A DNA stretch of 64,000 bases from NCBI GenBank assembly GCA_045863295.1, contig BTWA01000014.1:64001-128000 (forward strand), given 5' to 3'. Of this stretch, positions 10,003-19,920 are shown in pieces. Made by a program: the position numbers and the translations under genes. The DNA comes from Candidatus Hydrogenedentota bacterium (lineage in GTDB: Bacteria > Hydrogenedentota > Hydrogenedentia > Hydrogenedentales > SLHB01). The notes beneath the pieces are model-generated. The model was not told where the DNA came from. It saw only the letters and a program-made list of their open reading frames with translations, and searched no databases. Position 1 is the first letter of the stretch. Every line of letters starts with the position of its first letter.

Positions 10003-10140
10003 GTCTTCGTCATTTGCGGTAAACGATGCGCAAATATGTGTATTATGTTCAAAACAATTAATTACCCTTGTTTTGTTTTTTTGGATAGCGGACCGTGATC
10101 AAAACCACGGGTAGCTTGTGTGCCCATAGTCTCTATCCCG

Positions 10141-10146
10141 TATAAT
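10141..10146 (+). promoter_or_regulatory. Sigma-70 -10 element upstream of ppc
   Basis: Perfect TATAAT about 80 nt upstream of the ppc start; -35 weak. Confidence 0.4.
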
Positions 10147-10226
10147 TCACTCCCAATGCCCGTATCCCAGCAGGTCCGAAACTGGCAGTAACCCTAACAC
10201 TCCGCATTTCTCAAGAGGTCCCCCGA

Positions 10227-12965
10227 ATGCCCCAACTCGAACTTCTGCGCGAATGGTTTGAGAAAATTGACCAGGACGTGGCTTTCCTCACGGAATGCTT
10301 TGCGGAAGTGCTCACCGAACTGGGGGAAGGGAAACTGGTAGGCTCGCTGCCGTGGCGTACCGCTAACCAACTCCCCAGAAAACCAGGCAAGCGCGAAATT
10401 GACCGCATCAACCGTGAACTCCAGGTCATGTCAATTGCCTATCACCTGCTCAACATCGTCGAGGAAAATGCCGCCGCCCTCGCACGTCGTGAAAGGGAGC
10501 GCCACCTCGGCCTGCTGCACGAACCCGGCCTTTGGGGGCACGGACTCAAGCGTCTTAAAGCCCTTGGACTGTCGCAGTCCGAAATCCTGAAAGCAATGGA
10601 AAGGGCGCAGGTGGAAATCGTGTTGACCGCCCATCCCACCGAAGCCAAACGTCCCGTCGTCTTGCGCCAGCATCGCGCCCTCTTTGACGAATATACCCAA
10701 CTCGAAAGCCCCGCTTGGACCGACTACGAGCGATCCGCAATTCGCGATCGAATCAAGGCTCTGCTCGAATGCCTGTGGCGTACCGGTGAAATGTACCTCG
10801 AGAAGCCCGATGTACTGTCCGAGTTGGAAGACGTGCTCGACTACCTCGGCGTGGTGTTCCCAAAGGCCGTATTGCAAATGCGCCAGCGCCTCAAGGATGC
10901 ATGGTCGGAAGCAGGTTTTGATCCCACCGCAATTGCCGAGGCGTGCAATCGTCCGCGTCTGGTATTTGGCAACTGGGTAGGCGGCGACCGCGACGGCCAT
11001 CCGCTCGTAACCGCCGAGGTAACCCGCCAGACCTTGATTCAGTTGCGGTCCAGCGCGCTTCGACTGATCCGGGAACAGCTCGATTCGCTGTCCGACAGTC
11101 TAACATTATCGGATTTGTTTCAGGCAGCCCCCGCGATGCTCAAAGAGGCACTCGTTCAAAGAAAGAAACTGTTGCCGCCCCACGTCGTGCAAGGCATGGA
11201 TTCGTTTCCTCATGAGCCGTGGCGTGAGTTTGTTCACGTCTTGCGTCTGCTTATAGACGAAGCAGAAGCCCTCGAACATGGACCGTATGCCCAGCCGCAA
11301 ACGCTTCGGGCGGACCTTCATCTGCTGATTCAGTCGCTTGAGGCCGTGGGCGCAGGCCGGCTCGCGGAGGCCGAAGTGAATCCGGTGGTGCTGTTGCTTG
11401 ACACGTTTGGGTTTCACATGGCCGCGCTCGATATCCGGCAGAACAGTGATTTTCACGCGACGGCAATGACTCAGTTGCTGAAGGCAGCCGGGTTCGAAGA
11501 GTGGGATTATCAAGCATGGGACTACGCGAAGCGACGGTCCTTTCTCGATCAAGAATTGAATTCCCTGAGACCCATTGCCCCCAAACGCGGTCCGCTCGGC
11601 CCGCAGGCCAAAGACGTCTTGGACTGCTTTCAGGCAGTCGCGGACTATGTCGAAAAATACGGCAAGGACGGAATCGGCAGCTTCATTGTCAGCATGACCC
11701 GAGATGTGACAGACCTGCTCGTCGTCTACATATTTGCCCGCGAAGCTGGTCTCATGCACGCGGAAAATGGCGGCATCGGCTGCGATATGTCCATTGTCCC
11801 GTTGTTTGAAACTCTCGAAGATTTGGACGGAAGCCCCGCGATCTTGCGCGATTTTCTCGAACATCCCATTACGCGCCGGAACTATGCCCACAACGGCCGG
11901 GCGCAACAAATTATGGTGGGCTACAGCGACAGCAACAAGAGCGGCGGCATGTTTGCCAGCCAATGGGCACTGAACAAAGCCCAGCGGGCATTGACCGATG
12001 TGGCGGAAGAATGCGGATCGCACGTGTATTTCTTTCACGGCCGCGGGGGCACGTTTAGCCGAGGCGCGGGACCCACGCACCGGTTTCTGGAAGCGCTGCC
12101 CGCGGGCTCATTGACCGGCCAAGTGAGGCTTACCGAACAGGGGGAGGTTATCGCTCAAAAATTCGGGAATCTCCCCACCGCCGAATTCAATCTGGAACTG
12201 CTCGCGGCAGGCGTCACCGTGGCTACCGCGGAGCATGGCCTTGCTCACGATGCCGATCCGGAAGTCAGTGCCATCTGTGAACGGCTCAGCCGGTACAGCC
12301 AGGAAGCCTATCGCGATCAACTGGAATCCCGCGGCTTTATCCCGTTCTGGGCCTCGGCCACGCCGATCGACGCACTCGAATGCAGCTTCATCGGATCGCG
12401 GCCCGCGAGGCGCTCCGGCAAGCGAAGCCTCGAAGACCTGCGCGCTATCCCCTGGGTATTTAGTTGGGCCCAGGCCCGCTATTACTTTCCAGGGTGGTTT
12501 GGAGTGGGTTCGGCCCTGGATCGCCTCTTCACCGAAGACAGGACCGCTTTCGAAACCCTGAAGGCAAAAAGCGAACGATGGCCATTCGTACGATACGTGC
12601 TGTACAACGCGGAAAACAGCCTCGCCTCCGCGGATTTGGGAATCATGGAACGATACGCCTCGCTTGTGGACGACGAGGAATTGCGCACGTATCAGTTTGA
12701 CCGTATTGCAACCGAATATAAACGGACCGAAAACATGTTGGAATTGTTCTTTGGGTCCCATCGTGTGGATAGAAGGCCCAGGCTCATTAAGACCTTGGAA
12801 ATGCGTGCCAAGGGGCTCAAACGCCTCCACGAGCGGCAAATCGAATTATTGCGGCAATGGCGCGCGCTGAATGCGGAGAAAAAGACGAAGCAGGCGCAGG
12901 CCATGATGCCCACCCTGCTCCTGTCTGTTAATGCAATTGCCAGCGCCGAAAGAACAACGGGATAG
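10227..12965 (+). CDS. ppc: Phosphoenolpyruvate carboxylase
   Basis: VLTAHPTE, GGDRDG, MVGYSDSNK, FHGRGG, LRAIPW and C-terminal RTTG (cf. RNTG). Confidence 0.97.
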   Translation: MPQLELLREWFEKIDQDVAFLTECFAEVLTELGEGKLVGSLPWRTANQLPRKPGKREIDRINRELQVMSIAYHLLNIVEENAAALARRERERHLGLLHEPGLWGHGLKRLKALGLSQSEILKAMERAQVEIVLTAHPTEAKRPVVLRQHRALFDEYTQLESPAWTDYERSAIRDRIKALLECLWRTGEMYLEKPDVLSELEDVLDYLGVVFPKAVLQMRQRLKDAWSEAGFDPTAIAEACNRPRLVFGNWVGGDRDGHPLVTAEVTRQTLIQLRSSALRLIREQLDSLSDSLTLSDLFQAAPAMLKEALVQRKKLLPPHVVQGMDSFPHEPWREFVHVLRLLIDEAEALEHGPYAQPQTLRADLHLLIQSLEAVGAGRLAEAEVNPVVLLLDTFGFHMAALDIRQNSDFHATAMTQLLKAAGFEEWDYQAWDYAKRRSFLDQELNSLRPIAPKRGPLGPQAKDVLDCFQAVADYVEKYGKDGIGSFIVSMTRDVTDLLVVYIFAREAGLMHAENGGIGCDMSIVPLFETLEDLDGSPAILRDFLEHPITRRNYAHNGRAQQIMVGYSDSNKSGGMFASQWALNKAQRALTDVAEECGSHVYFFHGRGGTFSRGAGPTHRFLEALPAGSLTGQVRLTEQGEVIAQKFGNLPTAEFNLELLAAGVTVATAEHGLAHDADPEVSAICERLSRYSQEAYRDQLESRGFIPFWASATPIDALECSFIGSRPARRSGKRSLEDLRAIPWVFSWAQARYYFPGWFGVGSALDRLFTEDRTAFETLKAKSERWPFVRYVLYNAENSLASADLGIMERYASLVDDEELRTYQFDRIATEYKRTENMLELFFGSHRVDRRPRLIKTLEMRAKGLKRLHERQIELLRQWRALNAEKKTKQAQAMMPTLLLSVNAIASAERTTG

Positions 12966-13010
12966 TATTCAGGCCGGCGCCGCGAACCGCCTTTCCCCGG
13001 GCTTGTGCGT

Positions 13011-14099
13011 TCATTCAATCACGCTATTAGGCACCTGCCAACAACGAATGAGTTTCCGCTTCCACGTATACGTGATCGCTATGCCCTTGTCGGTCGTGAT
13101 GATCGCGGGATAAGAATACTCGCCCGGTTCGGTTTCAAGACTGACCAGGTCACTCCATGTCAATCCGTTGTCTTTCGACATCGCCAGATTAATCGGAGTC
13201 CGGCCTTTGCTCACCGGGTTGTACATAAGCAATAGGCGGCCGTCCGCAAGCTTCGCAACATCCACGCCGGCACTCGGGTTGGGCAAAGTCGTCAATGTCA
13301 CCGGGCTCCAGATTATGCCGTTGTCTTCCGAATCCGTTCGGCCGATAAATCCGCCGCGGGTTCTCAAGAGCGCATAAATCTTTCCCGGGGCCGATTCCCA
13401 CAACGTGGGCTGAATCGCGCCGCGGACCGTTTGAGGGTCAGTCAGGAAATCCATACTGCGCGTCCAGTTCACTCCTTTGTCGTAGGACCGATCGGCGAAA
13501 GGCAGCCATTTCACATACTCGCTGGAGGCCCCCGCCAGCCAACTCCCGTCGCTCAGCACAATCGGTTTGCAGCGTACGGGGCCGCGCCCGCCTTTGTCAT
13601 TTCGGACTAGTTCCAAGGGATCGGACCACGTTGCCCCATGGTCGTCCGAATGCATCCAATAGGTCTGCCAAAATGGAATCTCGGGGCCTATCTTGAAGAA
13701 AAGATAAATCCGTTCGGCGTCGGGTTCGCGAAACAACACCGGATTCCAATGGGGGGTCTCGTTCACCTTGGCAACGCGCACGGCATCCGACCACTTCGTT
13801 CCGTCGTATCGCGAGAGCCAGATCCCGACATCATTCTCACCTTCGTCCGTGCCGGCAAAATAGGCAGTCATCAAGGTGCCGTCCGCGGCCTGCAACACTG
13901 TTGATGCATGACACGAAAGGTAAGGAAGCGCTCCCGCCGAATTGCCAGGTACAAAATCGACACGGCCATCGGCCGCTTCTACTTTCGCCTGGAAGTCAGC
14001 CGTAGTCATCTGCGTTGGTGGCAATGGCTGGGGCGCCGGTTGGGCATACGCCGTGGCGAACACACAACTCAGGGCAACAAATCCGCGTGTCATCGACAT
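13011..14099 (-). CDS. Secreted BNR/Asp-box sialidase-like protein
   Basis: Signal peptide. Asp-boxes SDDHGATW, SYDKGVNW, SEDNGIIW, SKDNGLTW, plus YSYP. Confidence 0.85.
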   Translation of the reverse strand: MSMTRGFVALSCVFATAYAQPAPQPLPPTQMTTADFQAKVEAADGRVDFVPGNSAGALPYLSCHASTVLQAADGTLMTAYFAGTDEGENDVGIWLSRYDGTKWSDAVRVAKVNETPHWNPVLFREPDAERIYLFFKIGPEIPFWQTYWMHSDDHGATWSDPLELVRNDKGGRGPVRCKPIVLSDGSWLAGASSEYVKWLPFADRSYDKGVNWTRSMDFLTDPQTVRGAIQPTLWESAPGKIYALLRTRGGFIGRTDSEDNGIIWSPVTLTTLPNPSAGVDVAKLADGRLLLMYNPVSKGRTPINLAMSKDNGLTWSDLVSLETEPGEYSYPAIITTDKGIAITYTWKRKLIRCWQVPNSVIE

Positions 14100-14188
14100 A
14101 GTACCGGCACCCCTTTCACGTTTCTGTCAGGTTCTCACGCTATGGTACCGGCAAAAAGCCGCTTCGGCAAATTAGCGCTGATGCACCG

Positions 14189-16150
14189 TTACAGCTCGAT
14201 CTGAACACCTATCTCAATCACTTGGTTGGCGGGGATACCGAAGAACCCGGTCACACCATGGGCCAACTTCGACATGGTCGCAAACAACTTGACCCGCCAT
14301 CGCGGCAAATGGCCTCGCGCGGATAGCACGATACTTTCCCGGCCCATGTAATAGCCCGTCGTGCGCCGGTCAACCGTCAAACCTTGTCGTTCAGCGAGTT
14401 CGAGTATCTCCTTGATATCCGGCGATTCCATGAAGCCATATCGCGCCTGAAGCCTGTAGAATCCGTGACCCATGTCATCGATGGTCACACGCTCGTCCGT
14501 AGTGACCGTGGATTGTTCAAGATTCAAGACTGATAGGACAATGACTCGCTCGTGAAGGACCTTGTTATATTTCAAATTGTGCAAAAGCACGACAGGAACC
14601 ATCTGCGGACTGCCTGACAGGAACACGGCCGTACCCGGTACGCGCGTCACCTCCGCGCCGGGCAACGTCACGCTGGTTACAAAGCTGTCGAAGGTCAGTG
14701 TGCGGCCATGCAACTTCTCGCGCAACGCCGCCCTGCCGATACGCCATGTGCTCATCAACAGATACGTCACGGCGGCAACCAGCAAAGCGAACCAGCCGCC
14801 GTGCGGTATCTTCAACAAGGTCGATCCCCAGAATGCGAGATCCACCACCAGAAACAGGACTGTTACTACGACGACCTTCTGTATTCGCCACTGCCACAAT
14901 TCACGCTCTACGACAGCCAGCAATACCGTTGTGATGAACATCGTCGTCGTCACCGCCACGCCATAGGCCGCGCTCAGATTGCCGGACGATTGAAATCCAA
15001 TAACCAGCCCAATCGTGCAGACCATGAGAACTGCGTTCACCGCGGGTACATAGATTTGGCCAATTTCGCGGGATGACGTATGCAGAATACGCATGCGGGG
15101 CAGGAAACCCAGCATCACGGCCTGCCGTGTGAGGGAAAACGAACCTGTAATGACCGCCTGTGACGCAATTGCGGCCGTGAGGGTGGCAAGGGCAATCATG
15201 GGGTAGAGCAATGATTCCGGAACCATTGCATAGAATGGATTGGATTTGGCGCCGGGATTCTGAAGCAACAGAGCGCCCTGACCAAAATAGTTCAGAACCA
15301 ATCCGGGCAGCGCTACCGCGAACCATCCCCACCGGATCGGGCTTCGTCCAAAATGACCCATGTCCGCATAGAGGGCCTCGCCGCCGGTAACCACCAGAAA
15401 CACGGATCCCAGTACAGTGAAACCATGCAGGCCGTTGTGCAGGAAGAACGACAATCCATACCACGGATTCACGGCCAACAGAATATGCGGCTCAGCCGCG
15501 ATCGCCCGAAGCCCGAGCACACCAATGGATCCGAACCAGAGTAACAATATCGGGCCAAACAGGGCTCCAATGCGTGCGGTTCCGTGCCGTTGAATAAGAA
15601 ACAGGCCGACCAGTATCGCTATGGAAATGGGCACGATAAACGGGTCAAATGCCTTTGTCGCCGTTCCCAAGCCTTCAACCGCACCCAACACTGAAATGGC
15701 TGGTGTAATCATGCCGTCGCCGTAGAGGAGCGCGGCGCCAAACAAACCAAGCACGACGAGCCACCTGCGCTCCTTGTCCTGTGAATTCGGATGTCTGGCG
15801 GTGCTTAGCGCCATCAATGCCAGAATTCCACCCTCGCCTCTATTGTCCGCGCGCAGGACTACCAACATATACTTGATTGAGATGATGGCGACCAACGACC
15901 AGAAAATGAGCGACAGCACACCCAGAATGTTGGGCTCGGTCGCCTGGAATCCGTGCACTCCCGAAAAGCAGTCCTTGAATGCATACAGGGGACTCGTGCC
16001 AATGTCGCCGTACACAACGCCCAAAGCGCCCAGTACGAGAATGGCCTTCGAAGGATTGGGTGTTTCTGGATTGGTCTTACTCAAGGGACACCTGAAGAAA
16101 GTTGTATCGATGATTTGGCGGGTACTACCCCCGACAGGCGGCATCGCCAT
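14189..16150 (-). CDS. kup: KUP/HAK/KT potassium transporter (start uncertain)
   Basis: GVVYGDIGTSPLY, ADNRGEGG, EALYADMGHF and GQIYVP motifs. Confidence 0.96.
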   Translation of the reverse strand: MAMPPVGGSTRQIIDTTFFRCPLSKTNPETPNPSKAILVLGALGVVYGDIGTSPLYAFKDCFSGVHGFQATEPNILGVLSLIFWSLVAIISIKYMLVVLRADNRGEGGILALMALSTARHPNSQDKERRWLVVLGLFGAALLYGDGMITPAISVLGAVEGLGTATKAFDPFIVPISIAILVGLFLIQRHGTARIGALFGPILLLWFGSIGVLGLRAIAAEPHILLAVNPWYGLSFFLHNGLHGFTVLGSVFLVVTGGEALYADMGHFGRSPIRWGWFAVALPGLVLNYFGQGALLLQNPGAKSNPFYAMVPESLLYPMIALATLTAAIASQAVITGSFSLTRQAVMLGFLPRMRILHTSSREIGQIYVPAVNAVLMVCTIGLVIGFQSSGNLSAAYGVAVTTTMFITTVLLAVVERELWQWRIQKVVVVTVLFLVVDLAFWGSTLLKIPHGGWFALLVAAVTYLLMSTWRIGRAALREKLHGRTLTFDSFVTSVTLPGAEVTRVPGTAVFLSGSPQMVPVVLLHNLKYNKVLHERVIVLSVLNLEQSTVTTDERVTIDDMGHGFYRLQARYGFMESPDIKEILELAERQGLTVDRRTTGYYMGRESIVLSARGHLPRWRVKLFATMSKLAHGVTGFFGIPANQVIEIGVQIEL

Positions 16151-16170
16151 CGGGCGTGTCCGTCGAATCG

Positions 16171-17829
16171 TTACGCCATCGTTAACAGTACAACCAATTG
16201 CACTGAGACTACCCGCAGAATCATTGTGAGAGGGTAGACCGAAGCATACGACATGGTGGGCGCATCTGAAGAGGTCACACTGGAAGCAAAGGCAAGCGCG
16301 GGAGGATCCGTCATGCTCCCCGCGAGAAGTCCACAGACTGTTAAGAAGTTGGTTTTAAGTGCGATGCGGGCAAACAGCCCTACGACTAACAATGGCACCA
16401 GCGTAACGCACGCGCCAAGCACCAGGAAAGCCACCCCTTCGCTGCTGAATACAGTTTCCGCAAAACGCCCACCCGATTTCAGACCCACGCAGGCGAGAAA
16501 CAGCACAATCCCGAACTCGCGTAAAATGAACGAAGCGCTGTCCGGCAAATACCAAACCAGTGGCCCGATCCGGTTCACCCGGCTCAGTACAATGGCCGCC
16601 AGGAGTGGACCGCCCGCCAGCCCCAACTTCACCGGCGCGGGAATCCCCGGGATGGATATCGGTATGCTCCCGATCACCACGCCAAGCACAATTCCCGCGA
16701 ACAGTGGAATCAGATCCGGATGGCTGAGAGCCCGGGCCGAATCCCCGAGAATGGTCGCCACCTTGTCAATGTTTGCTGATTCGCCCACGCACAGGACTCG
16801 ATCGCCATACTGCAACCGAAGCTCCGCCACCACTGGCAAGTCAACGCCCGCGCGCGTCACGCGCGTGACCTGGACCTCATACCGCTTGCGCAGCCCTAGT
16901 TCGCGGACTGTCTTGCCCAGCATGCTCTTCTTCGTCACAATAAGCCGTCGCGTGGAAATCGAACTGGGCCGGCTCGACAAGTCCTCATCGGTTTTTGAAC
17001 CTACCAGCAGGCGGAGGGCATGCAGCTTGGGCTTGGTACCCACGGCCAGCACGGTATCGCCCAAATGCAATACCGTCTGCGCCGTGGCGAGGTGGATTTC
17101 GTCTCCATGTCGAACGCGGGAAATGACGACACCCGACTCTTCAAACACGGCAATTTCACCCAATACCCGGCCTTCCAGGATCGGGTTTTCCACCCGCAGA
17201 TTGACGCGCTCCAGCGGTTCAACCGAATCGTCTTTCAACTGCTCGATCTGTTGGCGCTCCGACGGGACATCCACCCGGAACAGGATACGAATAATCAGCA
17301 TGGCCAAAATGATGCCCACCACCCCAAACGGATACGCCGCCGCGTACCCCAATCCGGGCACGTCCTCTCCGGACCCTAAATCGGCCAGAACAGACTGAGC
17401 CGCTGCAAGACTCGGGGTATTGGTTGTTGCACCCGCGAGTACTCCCACAGCAGCCGGAATCGGAAGTCCCGCCATTTTTGCACCGGCCACAGCAAGAGCC
17501 ACGCCCAGCAAGACGATGGCCGCAGCCATCGCGTTCAGGGCAACCCCGTCTTTTCGGAACGCCGCCGAGAAACCCGGCCCCACCTGCAGCCCAATGGCGA
17601 ATACAAACAGAATCAGCCCCAATTCGCGGGCGAATTCCAATACTTCGTGTTGCAGCGTGAAGCCTAGGTGTCCAAAAAGCAGTCCGGCAAACAATACGCC
17701 CGCCACGCCGATGCCGACGCTGCGAATTCGCAGGCTTCCAATTGCCAACCCGGCCGAAACCACCAAGCCCAGAAGGATGATGGACCCGGCGATAGATCCA
17801 CTACGTACGAGTTCCAATAGCCAATTCAC
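16171..17829 (-). CDS. AspT/YidE/YbjL family transporter with two TrkA-C (RCK_C) domains
   Basis: GLILFVFAIGLQVGP, GATTNTPSL, LAGSMTDPPAL and YASVYP motifs, with a central soluble region. Confidence 0.9.
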   Translation of the reverse strand: MNWLLELVRSGSIAGSIILLGLVVSAGLAIGSLRIRSVGIGVAGVLFAGLLFGHLGFTLQHEVLEFARELGLILFVFAIGLQVGPGFSAAFRKDGVALNAMAAAIVLLGVALAVAGAKMAGLPIPAAVGVLAGATTNTPSLAAAQSVLADLGSGEDVPGLGYAAAYPFGVVGIILAMLIIRILFRVDVPSERQQIEQLKDDSVEPLERVNLRVENPILEGRVLGEIAVFEESGVVISRVRHGDEIHLATAQTVLHLGDTVLAVGTKPKLHALRLLVGSKTDEDLSSRPSSISTRRLIVTKKSMLGKTVRELGLRKRYEVQVTRVTRAGVDLPVVAELRLQYGDRVLCVGESANIDKVATILGDSARALSHPDLIPLFAGIVLGVVIGSIPISIPGIPAPVKLGLAGGPLLAAIVLSRVNRIGPLVWYLPDSASFILREFGIVLFLACVGLKSGGRFAETVFSSEGVAFLVLGACVTLVPLLVVGLFARIALKTNFLTVCGLLAGSMTDPPALAFASSVTSSDAPTMSYASVYPLTMILRVVSVQLVVLLTMA

Positions 17830-18003
17830 AAAAGGAGAGCTTTCTAAGAGGATATGAGGTCAATTCCCCATGGATCGGGCGATCCATCGTATAATTACCT
17901 ATAGTTAGCCACAACCCGGTGGCCTAAGTCAAACAGGAGCCCGGTAATGGCTCCATTGTTGAATCCCAGTTTTTCGGCTAAAGCGGAAAATACTGGGGTT
18001 CGG

Positions 18004-18032
18004 TTGATTGGCTACCCAAGGTATTGTATATT
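18004..18032 (+). promoter_or_regulatory. Putative sigma-70 promoter for hflX operon
   Basis: TTGATT-N17-TATATT about 65 nt upstream of the hflX ATG. Confidence 0.5.
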
Positions 18033-18096
18033 CGTGGTGTCGGGACGATGTGCACACTCCGCCATCGGGGCATAGTGCATAGAGCCTTCTATAGGT

Positions 18097-19386
18097 ATGA
18101 CAGCAAATCCAAGAATGATTGAACTGGACCGGCCCCCAATCACGGAAAAGGCTATCCTCGTCCGTTTGGCCTTGCCTGACGATTCCGAACAGGAAATCGA
18201 AGATTCCATGGCGGAAATGGGCCGGCTTGCCTGGACCGCCGGTGCAGACACCGTACTTCGTGTCGTCCAGCGTCGCGCTGCGCCATGCCCGGCTACGCTG
18301 ATCGGCGCTGGCAAAGTCGAGGAGATCCGCCTCGCGGCCCAGGAGTTGAATGCGGCAATTGTCTTGGTGGATTCCGAATTGTCTCCCAAGCAGAGCACCA
18401 AACTGTCCGACGCCATTGGTGTGAAAGTAATTGACAGAACACAACTTATACTCGATATCTTTGCCCAGCGCGCACATACGAACGAAGGCAAACTTCAGGT
18501 CGAACTCGCCCAACTCGAATACGCCTTACCCCGTTTGACCGGCCATGGAATTCAATTGATGCAACAAGGTGCGGGTATAGGTACCCGGGGGCCGGGCGAA
18601 AAGAAACTCGAAGTGGATCGCCGGTATATCCGTCAGCGAATCAACCGGCTGAAGAACGACCTTGAACATGTACGAAGTCATCGACGAATTCAGCGCAAGC
18701 GGCGGACCGAGAACAACGTGGCCACGGTGGCGCTCGTGGGATATACGAACGCAGGCAAGTCGTCTCTTCTCAATGCTTTAACGAAGGCCAACGTATTCGT
18801 GGAAGACCGGCTTTTTGCCACGTTGGACCCGACCAGCCGCCGTGTCGAGTTGCCCAGCGGCCGTACCATTATCTTGACCGACACGGTAGGGTTTATTCGA
18901 AAGTTGCCTCATGGTCTGGTTGCATCGTTCCGAGCCACTCTGGAAGAAGTCCTGGAGGCCGACCTGCTTCTGCATGTCGTTGACGGGTCACACCATGCCG
19001 TGGCCGAACACATCGCAGCCGTGAATATGGTGTTGGAAGAAATCGGCGCGGAAAGCAAACCCACGTGCATGGTGTACAATAAAGCAGACATGGTGGAGGC
19101 TGGCCAGGTTGCCTGTTTGCAAACGTGCGATCCGGATTCTGTGGCCGTATCGGCGCATACAGGCCGGGGGTTGGACGATTTACTTTGCTGTGTGGATCGT
19201 CAACTCGCGGACTCGCGCCAACGGGTGAGATTGCGGATACCTCAAAGCGATGCTCGAGTCATTGCCAAGCTTCATGACCGGGGCCGAGTCTTGGGTCAGT
19301 CGTATGAAGGCAACGTGATCGTGGTCGAAGCGGAATTGGACCCGGCCCTGGCCGGTCAATTGGAGGCCTATATCGCATGCGGCTAG
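18097..19386 (+). CDS. hflX: Ribosome-splitting GTPase HflX
   Basis: LILDIFAQRA, GPGEKKLE, GYTNAGKS, LFATLD, DTVGFI and NKAD motifs. Confidence 0.97.
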   Translation: MTANPRMIELDRPPITEKAILVRLALPDDSEQEIEDSMAEMGRLAWTAGADTVLRVVQRRAAPCPATLIGAGKVEEIRLAAQELNAAIVLVDSELSPKQSTKLSDAIGVKVIDRTQLILDIFAQRAHTNEGKLQVELAQLEYALPRLTGHGIQLMQQGAGIGTRGPGEKKLEVDRRYIRQRINRLKNDLEHVRSHRRIQRKRRTENNVATVALVGYTNAGKSSLLNALTKANVFVEDRLFATLDPTSRRVELPSGRTIILTDTVGFIRKLPHGLVASFRATLEEVLEADLLLHVVDGSHHAVAEHIAAVNMVLEEIGAESKPTCMVYNKADMVEAGQVACLQTCDPDSVAVSAHTGRGLDDLLCCVDRQLADSRQRVRLRIPQSDARVIAKLHDRGRVLGQSYEGNVIVVEAELDPALAGQLEAYIACG

Positions 19387-19871
19387 ACAATGCGACCGCG
19401 AAGGCGACGCCGGTAGCGAAGCTGGATACCGTTCGTCCTCGCATTCGAGTTGCCGCCGTCATCTTTCGAGGCCGTGAGATTCTGCTGGCGCGCCATGAAA
19501 AAGCAGGGCGGTCGTATTGGTTGTTGCCCGGCGGTGGCGTGGAGTTTGGAGAATCTCTCTGCGAAGCGTTGGTGCGCGAGCTGAAAGAAGAAGCGAATTT
19601 GACCATTGAAGTGGGCAATGTCTTATTCGTGAATGATATGATAGCGCCGGAACGCGATCGGCATGTAGTCCACATATTCTTCTCGGCCACTGTCATGGCC
19701 GGGGAATTGAAATGCGGCGCCGACCACCGGCTCAAGGAAGTCTGTTATGTGCCGATGGAAGAACTGGCCGCATTGACGTTGTTTCCGCCGGTATATGATT
19801 CCTTGTTGAGGGCGACACAGGCGAAACGCGAAGACTTCGCACCCTACCTGGGTGCGTTGTGGGCCGATTGA
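19377..19871 (+). CDS. NUDIX hydrolase
   Basis: Nudix box GGGVEFGESLCEALVRELKEEANL; overlaps the hflX stop. Confidence 0.92.
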   Translation: MRLDNATAKATPVAKLDTVRPRIRVAAVIFRGREILLARHEKAGRSYWLLPGGGVEFGESLCEALVRELKEEANLTIEVGNVLFVNDMIAPERDRHVVHIFFSATVMAGELKCGADHRLKEVCYVPMEELAALTLFPPVYDSLLRATQAKREDFAPYLGALWAD

Positions 19872-19920
19872 GAATCCGCTGCAAGGGTATCTGGGGTAAT
19901 CAGTCAAACCAAGGGGTTGG

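Noticed and set aside
16253..17398. Long antisense ORFs (also 37177-38802, 21612-22694, 46913-47971, 48256-49242)
   Set aside because: Shadow frames opposite well-supported genes in GC-rich DNA, with no motifs.
17830..18096. c-di-AMP (ydaO) riboswitch upstream of yidE-kup
   Set aside because: The only similar word (TGAATCC) is on the wrong strand, and the other conserved elements are missing.
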